The notes under the pieces were generated by a model. That model saw only the letters and a list, made by a program, of their open reading frames with translations. It made no database searches and had not been told where the DNA came from. The translations under genes were made by a program, and so were the position numbers. A stretch of DNA of 64,000 nucleotides from Candidatus Dadabacteria bacterium (GTDB lineage Bacteria > Desulfobacterota_D > UBA1144 > Nemesobacterales > CSP1-2), in NCBI GenBank assembly GCA_963805855.1, contig CAWDVW010000005.1, forward strand, positions 256,001-320,000, written 5' to 3'. This document shows positions 43,431 to 53,342 of the stretch, in pieces. Each line of letters starts with the position of its first letter. Within the stretch, counting starts at the first letter, position 1.

Positions 43431-44625
43431 AGACGCAATAAAGAGAATCGACGAAAACAGAGGTCTAGGCGTTGAGGCACTACTGACGAAGGTAAATGGG
43501 AGGACCGCATCAATAATAGATAAGGCCTTCAGTGGAGAGGAGATCTCGGTGGACGAAGGAGAACACCTTTTCAATATTAGGGACCTGGATGAAATATCGG
43601 CATTGGCGATATCAGCCGACGAGATAAGAAAAGAGGACGTTGGGGATATCGTAACATATGTGATCAATCGAAACATTAACTTTACAAACATTTGCAATAC
43701 CTATTGCGGATTTTGTAACTTCATGGCCCCCGAGGGAGATGAAAGGGCATACTTTCTAACGATGGAGGAAATCGCGCAAAAAACGATAGAAGCATGGGAA
43801 AACGGCGCAACGGAGGTATGCATGCAGGGAGGCATGCATCCGGATATCGACGGGAATTTTTACGTCGAACTGATAAAATCCGTAAAAAATGCGGTCCCCA
43901 AGATGCATACGCATGCGTTTTCACCCTTTGAGATCTATTATGGAGCCAAGACACTGAACGTAAGCGAAGAAGACTTTATCGAGATGCTAAAGGAAGCAGG
44001 TCATGATACCTTCCCGGGTACTGCCGCAGAGGTCTTGGACGAGGAAGTGCGGACAGTTATAGCTCCCAGGAAGATACCTACACAAACCTGGATCGACGTC
44101 GTGAAGAAGGCACATAAGGCTGGTATGAGGACCACATCCACTATAATGTACGGACACGTCGATAAATCATATCACTGGGCAAGGCATTTAGGCGTCCTCA
44201 GAGATATACAAAAAGAAACAGGTGGCTTCACCGAGTTCGTACCCCTTCGGTTCATTCCTTGGAACACAAGATTATTTCAACACTCAAAGGGCAAAGTCAA
44301 CCCCGGCCCTACAGATCTCGATCAATTAAAGATGTATGGAGTATCTAGGCTTATGCTTCGGGGCTGGATAAACAATATACAGGTTTCCTGGGTTAAGCAG
44401 GGCCCCGAATTCGCACAGTTTTCATTGACTGCGGGCGCAAATGATTTCGGTGGCACGCTGATGGAAGAGCATATCTCGCGGGCTGCCGGGGCAAACCACG
44501 GTCAGTATTTTCCACCGGAGGAATTTCAAAGGCTAACGAAGGAAATCGGAAGGATACCTGCACAGAGAAATACTACATATGGTATTTTGAAGCTTTTTGA
44601 TAGAGATGGAGAAGACCTAAGTTAA
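43417..44625 (+). CDS. cofH: FO synthase subunit CofH
   Basis: NRNINFTNICNTYCGFC, GATEVCMQGG, PGTAAEVLD, NIQVSWVK and GANDFGGTLMEE motifs; adjacent to cofG. Confidence 0.93.
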   Translation: MEDIKDAIKRIDENRGLGVEALLTKVNGRTASIIDKAFSGEEISVDEGEHLFNIRDLDEISALAISADEIRKEDVGDIVTYVINRNINFTNICNTYCGFCNFMAPEGDERAYFLTMEEIAQKTIEAWENGATEVCMQGGMHPDIDGNFYVELIKSVKNAVPKMHTHAFSPFEIYYGAKTLNVSEEDFIEMLKEAGHDTFPGTAAEVLDEEVRTVIAPRKIPTQTWIDVVKKAHKAGMRTTSTIMYGHVDKSYHWARHLGVLRDIQKETGGFTEFVPLRFIPWNTRLFQHSKGKVNPGPTDLDQLKMYGVSRLMLRGWINNIQVSWVKQGPEFAQFSLTAGANDFGGTLMEEHISRAAGANHGQYFPPEEFQRLTKEIGRIPAQRNTTYGILKLFDRDGEDLS

Positions 44626-45001
44626 GACAGGTAATTTCAAACCGTAGATTTTAGGCAAACACGGATATATTAGAGCCATCTTAAACCGACGTCTTATACT
44701 GCGAGAGTTTAAGGCAGTGAGTAAAAAGACGGTCTCCTTAGTCAGTTAGAATAAAAGAAGAAAAATTGCTTTTTGGAATTGACTTGAGTATGGGTAGCCC
44801 ACCAGGCCGTGTCCTGAGCAAAGCCGAACGGTTGCCGATGGCGTGATCAAATGTCACAAGCAAGCCTGTCCTGAGCAATGCCGAAGGGACTCGTGACCTA
44901 CCCGAAGGGGAAAAATTACATCAAAACAGAATAAAATATGAGATTGCTTCACTTAGCTTCGCAAGTTTTGCAATGACGCAACCGAAGCCTGTTCTGTCAA
45001 T

Positions 45002-45122
45002 GGCCTTCCAAAAATTGCGTTAAGAAAATCAGAAACGAAGACGTATAGAAAAATTTGCGGGTTGCGGTTGAATTAAATGTTTTAGTCGAAGTTTACGATT
45101 TTTAGTGAATTTTTGGACAGCC
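45002..45122 (+). repeat. MITE-like repeat family B, copy (121 bp)
   Basis: GGCCTTCCAAAAATT...AATTTTTGGACAGCC terminal inverted repeats; closely matches 57139-57259. Confidence 0.8.
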
Positions 45123-45449
45123 TTGATTTTTGCTTCTTTGTATCAAGACAAAGAAGTTAGAAAGATGTATAAGATAAATGAAGAAAATACCTCCAAAGGA
45201 GTCTAGCCACAAATTATCTGGCTTTCCCGACAATGACGGCGGGTTTGGATGTCATTGCAAGGAGTGCTGAGAGAGGTCAAAGGATAACCTATTGCCACCA
45301 GCAAGCCTTCCCTGACCGTTCGACAGAGCTCGCGGCAGGCTTAATCGAAGGGACTCGTGAGCTACCCGAACGGGTAAGAAGCGTTATCTATAAACACTGT
45401 CCAATGAATATACCTCCCCCCGTTTCTAGTTATAATAATCGGAATAGTT

Positions 45450-48344
45450 ATGACCAGTCAGTCTCTTTTCAGAGAAATCGAGGCAACCCTCAAAGCAAAC
45501 CAGAAGGGGGAAGTCCACTTTGATACGTTCACCCGGGTACTCTACAGTACAGATGCGAGCAATTATCAGATTGAGCCAATCGGTGTGGTTATACCGAAAT
45601 CCATAGATGATGTAATAAGAACAACCGAAATCGCATTTAGATATGAAATCCCCATCCTACCACGGGGAGGAGGTACCAGCCTGGCTGGGCAGGCGGTCGC
45701 CGATGCATTGGTGATAGACTTCTCCAAGTACCTGAACAAAATTGTCAAAGTAGATGAAGAAACAAGTACCGTACGAGCAGAGCCAGGAATATATTTAGAA
45801 CAGCTAAACAACCACTTAAAGCGGCACAATTTAATGTTTGGTCCAGATCCCTCCACAGCAAGGATAGCAACCATGGGAGGAGTAGTTGGCAATAACGCAA
45901 CCGGCGCGCACTCGATTCTTTATGGAATGGCGGGCGACAATTTAGTTGGGGCGGAAGTCGTACTCTCCGATGCTACAGTTATCAACCTCGGCCCGTTAGA
46001 TGAACCCGGTTTAAGTGCCAAGGCGAGCCAACAAAATAGGGAAGGACGTCTCTATAAATCTCTTAAAGCCCTGCGTGAGCAGTACCGTGATGCTATTCGC
46101 AATGATTTCCCAAAACATTGGCGAAGGGCTTCAGGGTACGCTCTTCCATATCTCTTAAATAACAATTTTAATCCGGCACAGCTCCTCGCCAGCTCCGAAG
46201 GCACGTTAGCGGTGGCGACGGAGTTCACACTGAAACTAGTACCTCTACCATTACACAAAGGCCTTGTCCTGCTACAGTTTGGCGACCTGGTCGAAGCTAT
46301 GGAAACAGTGCCCTTGATACTCGTACAAAACCCATCTGCGATAGAATTGATTGATAGAATGTTAATCGGTTTGACCAAAGGTCACAGAGGTTACGCTTCG
46401 CTTCTCTCGTTTTTAAAGGGTGACCCGGCTGCTGTTCTCGCCGTTGAGTTTTATGGAGATACCGTTACCGAAGTTAAAAAGAAGGCCAGTAATCTAATCA
46501 ATCACCTAAGACTTCACAAAATTAATACTTCAATAACTAAAGCACTTACACAAGAGGCGCAGGCTAATTTTTGGTCGATCCGTAAGGCGGGATTGGGACT
46601 CCTCATGAGTAAGCGTGGAGACTATAAACCGATTCCATGTATCGAGGACGTATCAGTTCCGGTCGAACACCTGGCAGGTTATGTACGAGACATCCAGGAA
46701 ATCATAAATCGACTGGGTACTGACGCAGGTTTTTACGGCCATGCAAGTGCTGGGTGCCTCCACGTGAGACCTCTTGTCAATCTAAAGACGGTAGATGGCA
46801 TTAGCATGATGAAGGAATTAACAGACGAAGCTCTGAAGTTAGCCCTTCGGCATGGCGGGGTCATGAGCGGCGAGCATGGGGATGGGATTCAACGAAGTTA
46901 CTTGAATGAGAAGCTATTCGGAAAAGAGATATACAGGGCGATGAGCGAGCTTAAAACAGCCTTTGATCCCGAGGGAAGACTCAATCCTGGTAAGGTTGTC
47001 GATGCACTTTCACCAGTTGATAATCTACGATACGACCAAAGCTACCCGACACATCAGTTAAAGACACATTTGGACTGGTCTAGCGACGGAGGTTTTTCCC
47101 GGGCAGTCGAGATGTGCAATGGGCAGGGGGTTTGTAGAAAACTGGGGGAAGGCATCATGTGCCCGTCATACATGGCCACCAAGGATGAAATGGATACGAC
47201 CAGGGCACGTGCAAATGCGCTTCGAGCCGCTTTGTCTGGAAGAATCCCTCTCGAACAGATGAAAAGTGACCAGATGCACAGGGTCTTCGACCTGTGTCTG
47301 GGATGTAAAGCCTGTAAGAGAGAATGTCCTTCAAGCGTGGATGTAGCAAAAATGAAAATGGAATTCCTCGCCAATTACCACGAGGCTCATGGAAAAACCT
47401 TTCGCGATCTTTTTTTTGGATACGTTCATGAGATCAGTCGATACTCAGCTCCGTTCTCACTGATCGCCAACCCACTTATTAAAAACCGTTTCACGCGCTT
47501 GATTTTAAACAGTCTGGGAATCCATCCGGACCGAGAACTGCCGGGATTCAGTCGTGATAATTTTGTCCATTGGTTTTATAATAGAGGGAGAAAAACAACC
47601 GCTTCCAACAAGGTCGTATATTTTCACGACACGTGGGTGTCTTTTTATTACCCGGAGATTGGAAAAGCATCCGTAAAATTACTCGACGCTATGGGGCTGG
47701 ACGTAATCCTGGTACCCAAAAGGGTTTGTTGCGGTCGACCCATGCTTAGTAAGGGTTTAATTAACCCAGCTCGCTTGCGTGCCAAGGTTAACGCCGAGCT
47801 ACTCTCGCCATATATCAGGCAGGGGATACCCGTCATCGGAACCGAACCTAGCTGCATATTGACCTTTCGCGATGAATACCCCGATTTATTGCCTGGCAAT
47901 GATGACGCAATAATCCTTGCTCAGAACTCCTATCTCCTCGATGAGTATCTGTCCGAAATCGAAAGAACTAAATTTCTTAATACATCTTGGAAACCGCTCG
48001 GTCCGTCGGTGTTTTTTCATGGACATTGTCATCAAAGGGCCCTTGTGGGGATTGAAGGATCCATCGAGCTTCTTAAATTAGCCGGCTGTTCAGTCACAGA
48101 GAGCGGTGCCGGGTGTTGTGGTTTAGCGGGCAGTTTCGGATACGAAAAGGAACACCATAAAATTTCAGAAGCGATAGGCGAAGACAGGCTTTTCCCTGCG
48201 GTACGCGACTCAACCATGGACACCGTCATAGCTGTAAGCGGTGTGTCATGCAAACAGCAGATCGGACATTTTACCGGGAAACAACCAAGACACTTTGCAG
48301 AGGTTCTTGCGGATCAAATTGATCGACATAATGATCGTACTTGA
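45450..48344 (+). CDS. FAD-binding/(Fe-S) oxidoreductase (D-lactate/glycolate dehydrogenase GlcD-GlcF-type fusion)
   Basis: YSTDAS, RGGGTSLAGQ, SGEHGDG, CNGQGVC, CLGCKACKRECP and CCG motifs. Confidence 0.9.
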   Translation: MTSQSLFREIEATLKANQKGEVHFDTFTRVLYSTDASNYQIEPIGVVIPKSIDDVIRTTEIAFRYEIPILPRGGGTSLAGQAVADALVIDFSKYLNKIVKVDEETSTVRAEPGIYLEQLNNHLKRHNLMFGPDPSTARIATMGGVVGNNATGAHSILYGMAGDNLVGAEVVLSDATVINLGPLDEPGLSAKASQQNREGRLYKSLKALREQYRDAIRNDFPKHWRRASGYALPYLLNNNFNPAQLLASSEGTLAVATEFTLKLVPLPLHKGLVLLQFGDLVEAMETVPLILVQNPSAIELIDRMLIGLTKGHRGYASLLSFLKGDPAAVLAVEFYGDTVTEVKKKASNLINHLRLHKINTSITKALTQEAQANFWSIRKAGLGLLMSKRGDYKPIPCIEDVSVPVEHLAGYVRDIQEIINRLGTDAGFYGHASAGCLHVRPLVNLKTVDGISMMKELTDEALKLALRHGGVMSGEHGDGIQRSYLNEKLFGKEIYRAMSELKTAFDPEGRLNPGKVVDALSPVDNLRYDQSYPTHQLKTHLDWSSDGGFSRAVEMCNGQGVCRKLGEGIMCPSYMATKDEMDTTRARANALRAALSGRIPLEQMKSDQMHRVFDLCLGCKACKRECPSSVDVAKMKMEFLANYHEAHGKTFRDLFFGYVHEISRYSAPFSLIANPLIKNRFTRLILNSLGIHPDRELPGFSRDNFVHWFYNRGRKTTASNKVVYFHDTWVSFYYPEIGKASVKLLDAMGLDVILVPKRVCCGRPMLSKGLINPARLRAKVNAELLSPYIRQGIPVIGTEPSCILTFRDEYPDLLPGNDDAIILAQNSYLLDEYLSEIERTKFLNTSWKPLGPSVFFHGHCHQRALVGIEGSIELLKLAGCSVTESGAGCCGLAGSFGYEKEHHKISEAIGEDRLFPAVRDSTMDTVIAVSGVSCKQQIGHFTGKQPRHFAEVLADQIDRHNDRT

Positions 48345-48387
48345 TTGATGCAATATTCTATATGATTCGTCGCTATTAGGACTGTTC

Positions 48388-51066
48388 CTACCTCTTCCCA
48401 AGATCGTGCCTGAATTGATTTTCAAGTTTTTCAACGGCATCTTTCCATCTCGCACAAACTTCCTGGTACAGCTCCCTAGAATGGTCAATTCCTACTGGCG
48501 GTTCTATCGGGTCGCCTACGACAATATTTATTTTTGCAAATTTAAACCCTGGATGAAGAGGGGAAAGTGTGTTGGCGGCGCCCTCTATAAGGATTGGGAT
48601 TATAGGTACTTTAGCCTCAACGCTTAGGATGCCTACACCCATTCTGGCCGGCATAATGTTTCCCGTTGGGGTACGACGTCCCTCAGGGAAAAGTAAAAGG
48701 GCCATTCCGCGTTTTAGTCCATCGTAAGTAAGTTCGAGAGAATCCCCAAATGTATCAGTACTTCCGATCGGTATTACACGCAATGGACGAGCTATCCAGG
48801 AAAGGGGTGCCTTCTTGAATAGCTCGCTAAAACCGGTAAGCAAGAGCCTGTCAAGAATCCAGCCTGGGAGCACGGCGACGATGACAATTGGGTCAATATA
48901 GCTTTGGTGGTTTGGACATAAAAGGACCGCGCCCTCTCTGGGAATTTTATCCATCCCCTCAATTCTCATCCTCAACACAACCCTGACAAAGATGAAAACC
49001 ACCATCTGGATAATTCTCATAACAATTCTCTTAAAAATGCCACGCTCGAGATTGAACACCTCTTCAAGGGCTTTATACGGGGGTTGAAAAAGCGTTTTTA
49101 AAAGAACGTTTGGTTCCTCTATTTTAGAACCGGGCGCCTCCCTGATTAGTCTTAGAACGTCTCCAATGTTCCTTATGCCGGGAAGATCTTCCTCTTTTAA
49201 CTCTAATCCAAACTCGTTTTCCAAAACCACCGTGATTTGAACCAGTGTAAGCGAGTCGAGTCCAAGGTCTATAGAAAGCTCCTGGCTTGGAAAGAAGGGG
49301 CCACTTACATGTGCGATTTCTTGAAGCCTTTTTAAGAATCTAATTGATGACGGCGCCTCCATAAGCTCTTTTTCTTCAGGAGTAAGCGATATTTCCTCCC
49401 TTGGAATGGCCTTTTGTCGGTCTGTTAGGTATCTCTCAAGCTCGCTCCTCCTGATCTTTCCGAGCATCGTTCTGGGGAGTTGATCGTTATATAGCTCAAG
49501 CTCAGTTATACGCATGTATGTGGGCAGACTGGCCCCCCTCATGGTAATTTCAGAGCTTATGCGATCACGTTTATTGAACACCCCCCTGGATATAAGCTCC
49601 CCTTCATCGGGAACAACAACCATTCGTAAGCCCTTAACAAATCCGCTATCATCGTATGAAGGGAGAACACATAGCTCCTTCGCGAATGGAATTTTTTCAT
49701 AAAGCTTCTCAACTTCTTCCGGGTAAATGTTCTTACCGGAAGACAGAACTATTACCTCTTTTACCCTGCCCGTTACCAGAATATCTCCATCAGAGTCTAT
49801 TATTCCAAGATCGCCGGTATGAAACCATCCATTACCCAAAACCTCCTTTGTCGCTTTTGCATTCTTATAATAGCCCTTCATGACATTGGAACCCTTTATG
49901 CATATTTCTCCTACGCCTTCTGGATCAGGGGAGTCTATACGGATCTCAACTCCTCGAATGGGTATGCCTGCGGTCCCGGATTTTGGCGCTTTCAGAGGGT
50001 TAAGCGTGCTAACCGCCGATGTTTCAGTGAGTCCATATCCCTCAACTAGAAGAAATCCAAGGTTTAAAAAATGTTCGGACACCTTTGGATCAAGCTTTGC
50101 TCCGCCACTTGCGAAAAAACGAAATCTTTCACCAAAAGGACCATGAATGCTCTTGAAAATTAATTTCCCTATACGTATCCCGGTGGTTTTTCTAACCCAA
50201 GCACTGAGTGTATACAAAATCCAGAAGATAATCCTTGCAAAGATAGACAATGATTTAACTCTATTAAAGATCTCCCTATCAACCAACGTAAATAATTTCG
50301 GCACACCGGGAAAAACCGTCACACCCGTTTCCTTCATCACATCAAATAAATCCAAGCTTTTAAGGGAATGAGAAAAAGTAACCGTCGCCCCTGCGAAAAG
50401 CGGTGAAAGTAACCCGACAATGCATGGATAAGCGTGATTAAGGGGTAATATACTTAATACGTTGTCACTCGATGAAACCTCGGTGAAGGATACGAGGGCT
50501 TGAATATTACTCATAATATTTTCACAGGTTAGCATCACTCCCTTTGGCTCACCGGTAGTTCCAGAGGTAAACACAATTGTCTGCGTGTCACCTGGGTCAT
50601 AATTATATACATCACTTCTATCATTCGATTTCGACAGCGCAGTCAGCTTCTCAATAGAAAATAGCTTTACTTCGTTCTTTTCGTCCGGGAAAAGCGCTTC
50701 GAGCTCGGCGAGGCGGGAACTATCCGCAATTATAGCTTTAGAGTCCGAATACCTAATAATATTAAGTAAATCTCTTGCACTCAATTGAGCATCCAGAGGT
50801 ACAATGACCCCTCCGGAAATATGTATTGCAAAATAGGAGATTGCCCATCCTGGCGTATTTTCACCGTAAAGACAAATATGGTCCCCGGGCTTGAGACCTG
50901 AAGAATTTAATTCTTTTGCCACAGTTCGAAACTTTTCCCATAGCTCACGATAAGTGATACGCTCATAGCCAGTCGGAAGTTTTCTCTGAAGGGCAATTTT
51001 TTGAGGCCGTATCTCCGACCAATGCATAAGTCTTTCAACTATAGTTTCCATTTTCCCATCCTTCAA
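48388..51066 (-). CDS. Long-chain acyl-CoA synthetase / acyl carrier / PlsC acyltransferase fusion (start probably about 51052)
   Basis: FTSGTTGEPKG and GYGLTETS AMP-binding motifs, DLGLDSL phosphopantetheine site, NHQSYID and FPEGRRT acyltransferase motifs. Confidence 0.92.
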   Translation of the reverse strand: MKDGKMETIVERLMHWSEIRPQKIALQRKLPTGYERITYRELWEKFRTVAKELNSSGLKPGDHICLYGENTPGWAISYFAIHISGGVIVPLDAQLSARDLLNIIRYSDSKAIIADSSRLAELEALFPDEKNEVKLFSIEKLTALSKSNDRSDVYNYDPGDTQTIVFTSGTTGEPKGVMLTCENIMSNIQALVSFTEVSSSDNVLSILPLNHAYPCIVGLLSPLFAGATVTFSHSLKSLDLFDVMKETGVTVFPGVPKLFTLVDREIFNRVKSLSIFARIIFWILYTLSAWVRKTTGIRIGKLIFKSIHGPFGERFRFFASGGAKLDPKVSEHFLNLGFLLVEGYGLTETSAVSTLNPLKAPKSGTAGIPIRGVEIRIDSPDPEGVGEICIKGSNVMKGYYKNAKATKEVLGNGWFHTGDLGIIDSDGDILVTGRVKEVIVLSSGKNIYPEEVEKLYEKIPFAKELCVLPSYDDSGFVKGLRMVVVPDEGELISRGVFNKRDRISSEITMRGASLPTYMRITELELYNDQLPRTMLGKIRRSELERYLTDRQKAIPREEISLTPEEKELMEAPSSIRFLKRLQEIAHVSGPFFPSQELSIDLGLDSLTLVQITVVLENEFGLELKEEDLPGIRNIGDVLRLIREAPGSKIEEPNVLLKTLFQPPYKALEEVFNLERGIFKRIVMRIIQMVVFIFVRVVLRMRIEGMDKIPREGAVLLCPNHQSYIDPIVIVAVLPGWILDRLLLTGFSELFKKAPLSWIARPLRVIPIGSTDTFGDSLELTYDGLKRGMALLLFPEGRRTPTGNIMPARMGVGILSVEAKVPIIPILIEGAANTLSPLHPGFKFAKINIVVGDPIEPPVGIDHSRELYQEVCARWKDAVEKLENQFRHDLGKR

Positions 51067-51333
51067 AAACGAAGAAGAACTTAAGATCTAAATTTGTTTC
51101 AGTTGTTCGATAATCGTTCTCCGTTTCAGGAAACAAAGTACTGGCAAATCAGAAAAAAGGCTAACAAAATCTTGAAGAACCCCTTTATAGCGTCGTCGTG
51201 TATCGATTCATCCTCAATTAGCCCGAACGCAAGCCATTCAAATCTGAAATTTATAAGATCTCAAAATTAAAAATCCCTCTCTGGCATAAAATTTCAAATA
51301 AAGTAAAATTCAAAATTCAAACTCAATTATAAA

Positions 51334-52113
51334 ATGAAATCAGACGATAATAGCATCTCAATAATTCCAGTTAAGTGCCTACCCGAAATAAAACCAGGAG
51401 ACAACCTGGTTGATAACATCTACACCGCAATAACAAGAGAAAACATTCAATTACGTAATGGCGACATCTTAGCGATAGCTCAGAAGATTATTTCTAAGGC
51501 CGAGAACAGATTGGTAGAGCTTAATAATATAACGCCGACACCCTTCGCAATCAGTGTAGGAAAAGAACTCGATAAGGACCCGAAAATAATCGAAATTATA
51601 TTGGGAGAAACAAATAGAATTGTTAAAATGGAAAAGGGTAAGTTAAAAAAAGGAAGATTAATTGTGGAAACGAGACACGGCATAGTTTGCGCCAATGCCG
51701 GCGTAGATGCCTCCAACGTGTCTGGTGGTGATCAAGTTACGCTCCTGCCAAAGGATCCGGATGCCTCTGCGAAAAGCATAGTTGAAACATTTAAAAATAG
51801 ATTTGGAATAGATATAGCTGTTATCATCACAGATACGGTAGGAAGACCATGGCGGATGGGGCTTACCGAAATAGCGATTGGTTGCTGGGGTATAAAGCCT
51901 CTGAAAGATTATAGGGGACAAAAGGACACGAAGGGATACGAGCTTAATGCGACAATTGTCGCAATAGCCGATGAAATTGCAGGAGCAGCAGGGCTAGTCA
52001 TGAAAAAAACCGGAGCCACACCAGTCGTAATAGTAAGAGGGTTAAAGTACGAACGTGGTGGCCTCGGCGCAAAAGAACTTATAAGAAAACCAGAAGAAGA
52101 TCTGTTCCGTTAG
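51334..52113 (+). CDS. cofE: Coenzyme F420-0:L-glutamate ligase
   Basis: LPEIKPGDNL, QKIISKAE, CANAGVDASN, DTVGRPWRMG, ADEIA and EDLFR motifs. Confidence 0.95.
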   Translation: MKSDDNSISIIPVKCLPEIKPGDNLVDNIYTAITRENIQLRNGDILAIAQKIISKAENRLVELNNITPTPFAISVGKELDKDPKIIEIILGETNRIVKMEKGKLKKGRLIVETRHGIVCANAGVDASNVSGGDQVTLLPKDPDASAKSIVETFKNRFGIDIAVIITDTVGRPWRMGLTEIAIGCWGIKPLKDYRGQKDTKGYELNATIVAIADEIAGAAGLVMKKTGATPVVIVRGLKYERGGLGAKELIRKPEEDLFR

Positions 52114-52565
52114 GAAATCATGTGTCTGTAAATAACAATGCCAGGTTAATTAACAGCCTGACCCCTCCTGTTAACCTCTTAAATCGAACCTATTTTCACG
52201 TCGAATCTTATAAAAAAAACTTAAATCAAGCTACCCCGCACCGGTCATCCTGAATATATTTCAGGATCTAAAGGAAGCAAAAGATGCGGACACAAGTTCA
52301 GCATGACTGACTATGAGATTGATCCTCTTAACGCAATTTTTGGAAGGTTGTTCACGTCGTCCACAAGATCGATGACATGAAAACCCATCGGGACAAGAAT
52401 GCCCCGACTATCCATGATAAATACCGACAGCAATCACGATAGGAGCACCTTCTAGCCGCGATTTGATCGGAACTTGAAAGTCTGGCCTATCGAATCCATT
52501 AAACATATTCACAGTTAATTAAAGGGAGATTTTAACCCCGAAACTCAATGCCGCCATCGAGCGCT

Positions 52566-52871
52566 TCATGCTGTAGGTTGATAAACTTGAACTTCTCTCT
52601 TTAGACGCTCAGCCAACTTGTCCTCCGCAATATCAAGATCATAATCCATTTGTAGACCAAGCCAGAACTCGGCAGACATGTCAAAAAATTTGCCTAATCG
52701 TAAAGCCGTGTCTGCCGTAATTCTACGCTTGCCCTGAACTATCTCATTTATCCGCCGGGCCGGTACTCTAATGTCGAGAGCCAACCTATTCTGGCTGATT
52801 CCCATAGGCTTTAAGAACTCTTCAAGTAAGATTTCACCTGGATGTATACCTGCAATTTTTTTAGAACCCAT
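52566..52871 (-). CDS. higA: HigA family antitoxin (HTH, VapI-type)
   Basis: IHPGEILLEEFLKP, RRINEIV.GKR.ITADTALRL and FWLGLQ motifs; AAGGAGG RBS. Confidence 0.95.
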   Translation of the reverse strand: MGSKKIAGIHPGEILLEEFLKPMGISQNRLALDIRVPARRINEIVQGKRRITADTALRLGKFFDMSAEFWLGLQMDYDLDIAEDKLAERLKREVQVYQPTA

Positions 52872-52906
52872 ATTTTAAACCTCCTTAATGTGCCTAGTTC
52901 AACTTC

Positions 52907-53188
52907 CTAATGGTAGTCAACAATTTCGACCTTATAGGCATCGCCTTCATGCCATTCAAAGCAAATTCTCCATTGATCGCTGATCCGGATGCTGTATTGA
53001 CCCTTTCTATCACCATGTAGTGCTTCTAGTCGATTTCCTGGGGGAATAACTAGATCTCTTAACGTCTTTGCCCTGCTTAACATACGAAGTTTTCTGAACG
53101 CAAGTCGTTGAATATTGCGTGGGAATCGTCTCGAATAACTGCGATTGAATATCTTTTCCGTTTCCTTGCATTTGAATGACCTTATCAC
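52907..53188 (-). CDS. higB: HigB family toxin (RelE/ParE superfamily)
   Basis: MIRSF, PPGNRLEAL.GDRKGQYSIRI.DQWRICF and VEIVDYH motifs; toxin precedes antitoxin. Confidence 0.95.
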   Translation of the reverse strand: MIRSFKCKETEKIFNRSYSRRFPRNIQRLAFRKLRMLSRAKTLRDLVIPPGNRLEALHGDRKGQYSIRISDQWRICFEWHEGDAYKVEIVDYH

Positions 53189-53194
53189 TGATAT

Positions 53195-53223
53195 ATTATA
53201 TAACGCGAAGCGTTAAATGGCAA
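53195..53223 (-). promoter_or_regulatory. Sigma70 promoter of higBA with operator palindrome; probably leaderless
   Basis: TTGCCA (53223-53218), 17-nt spacer, TATAAT (53200-53195). Inverted repeat TAACGC-N3-GCGTTA at 53201-53215. The GTG start follows the -10 box after a 6-nt gap. Confidence 0.8.
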
Positions 53224-53342
53224 AAACGGCATGCAGATCTTTAAAAAGTGATGTTTAGCCACACAACCTTTTCGGTTCTGCTAAGGATTACATTACCGAA
53301 GCATATAGGATAAATAGTAGATGATAAATATTAGATACGTAA

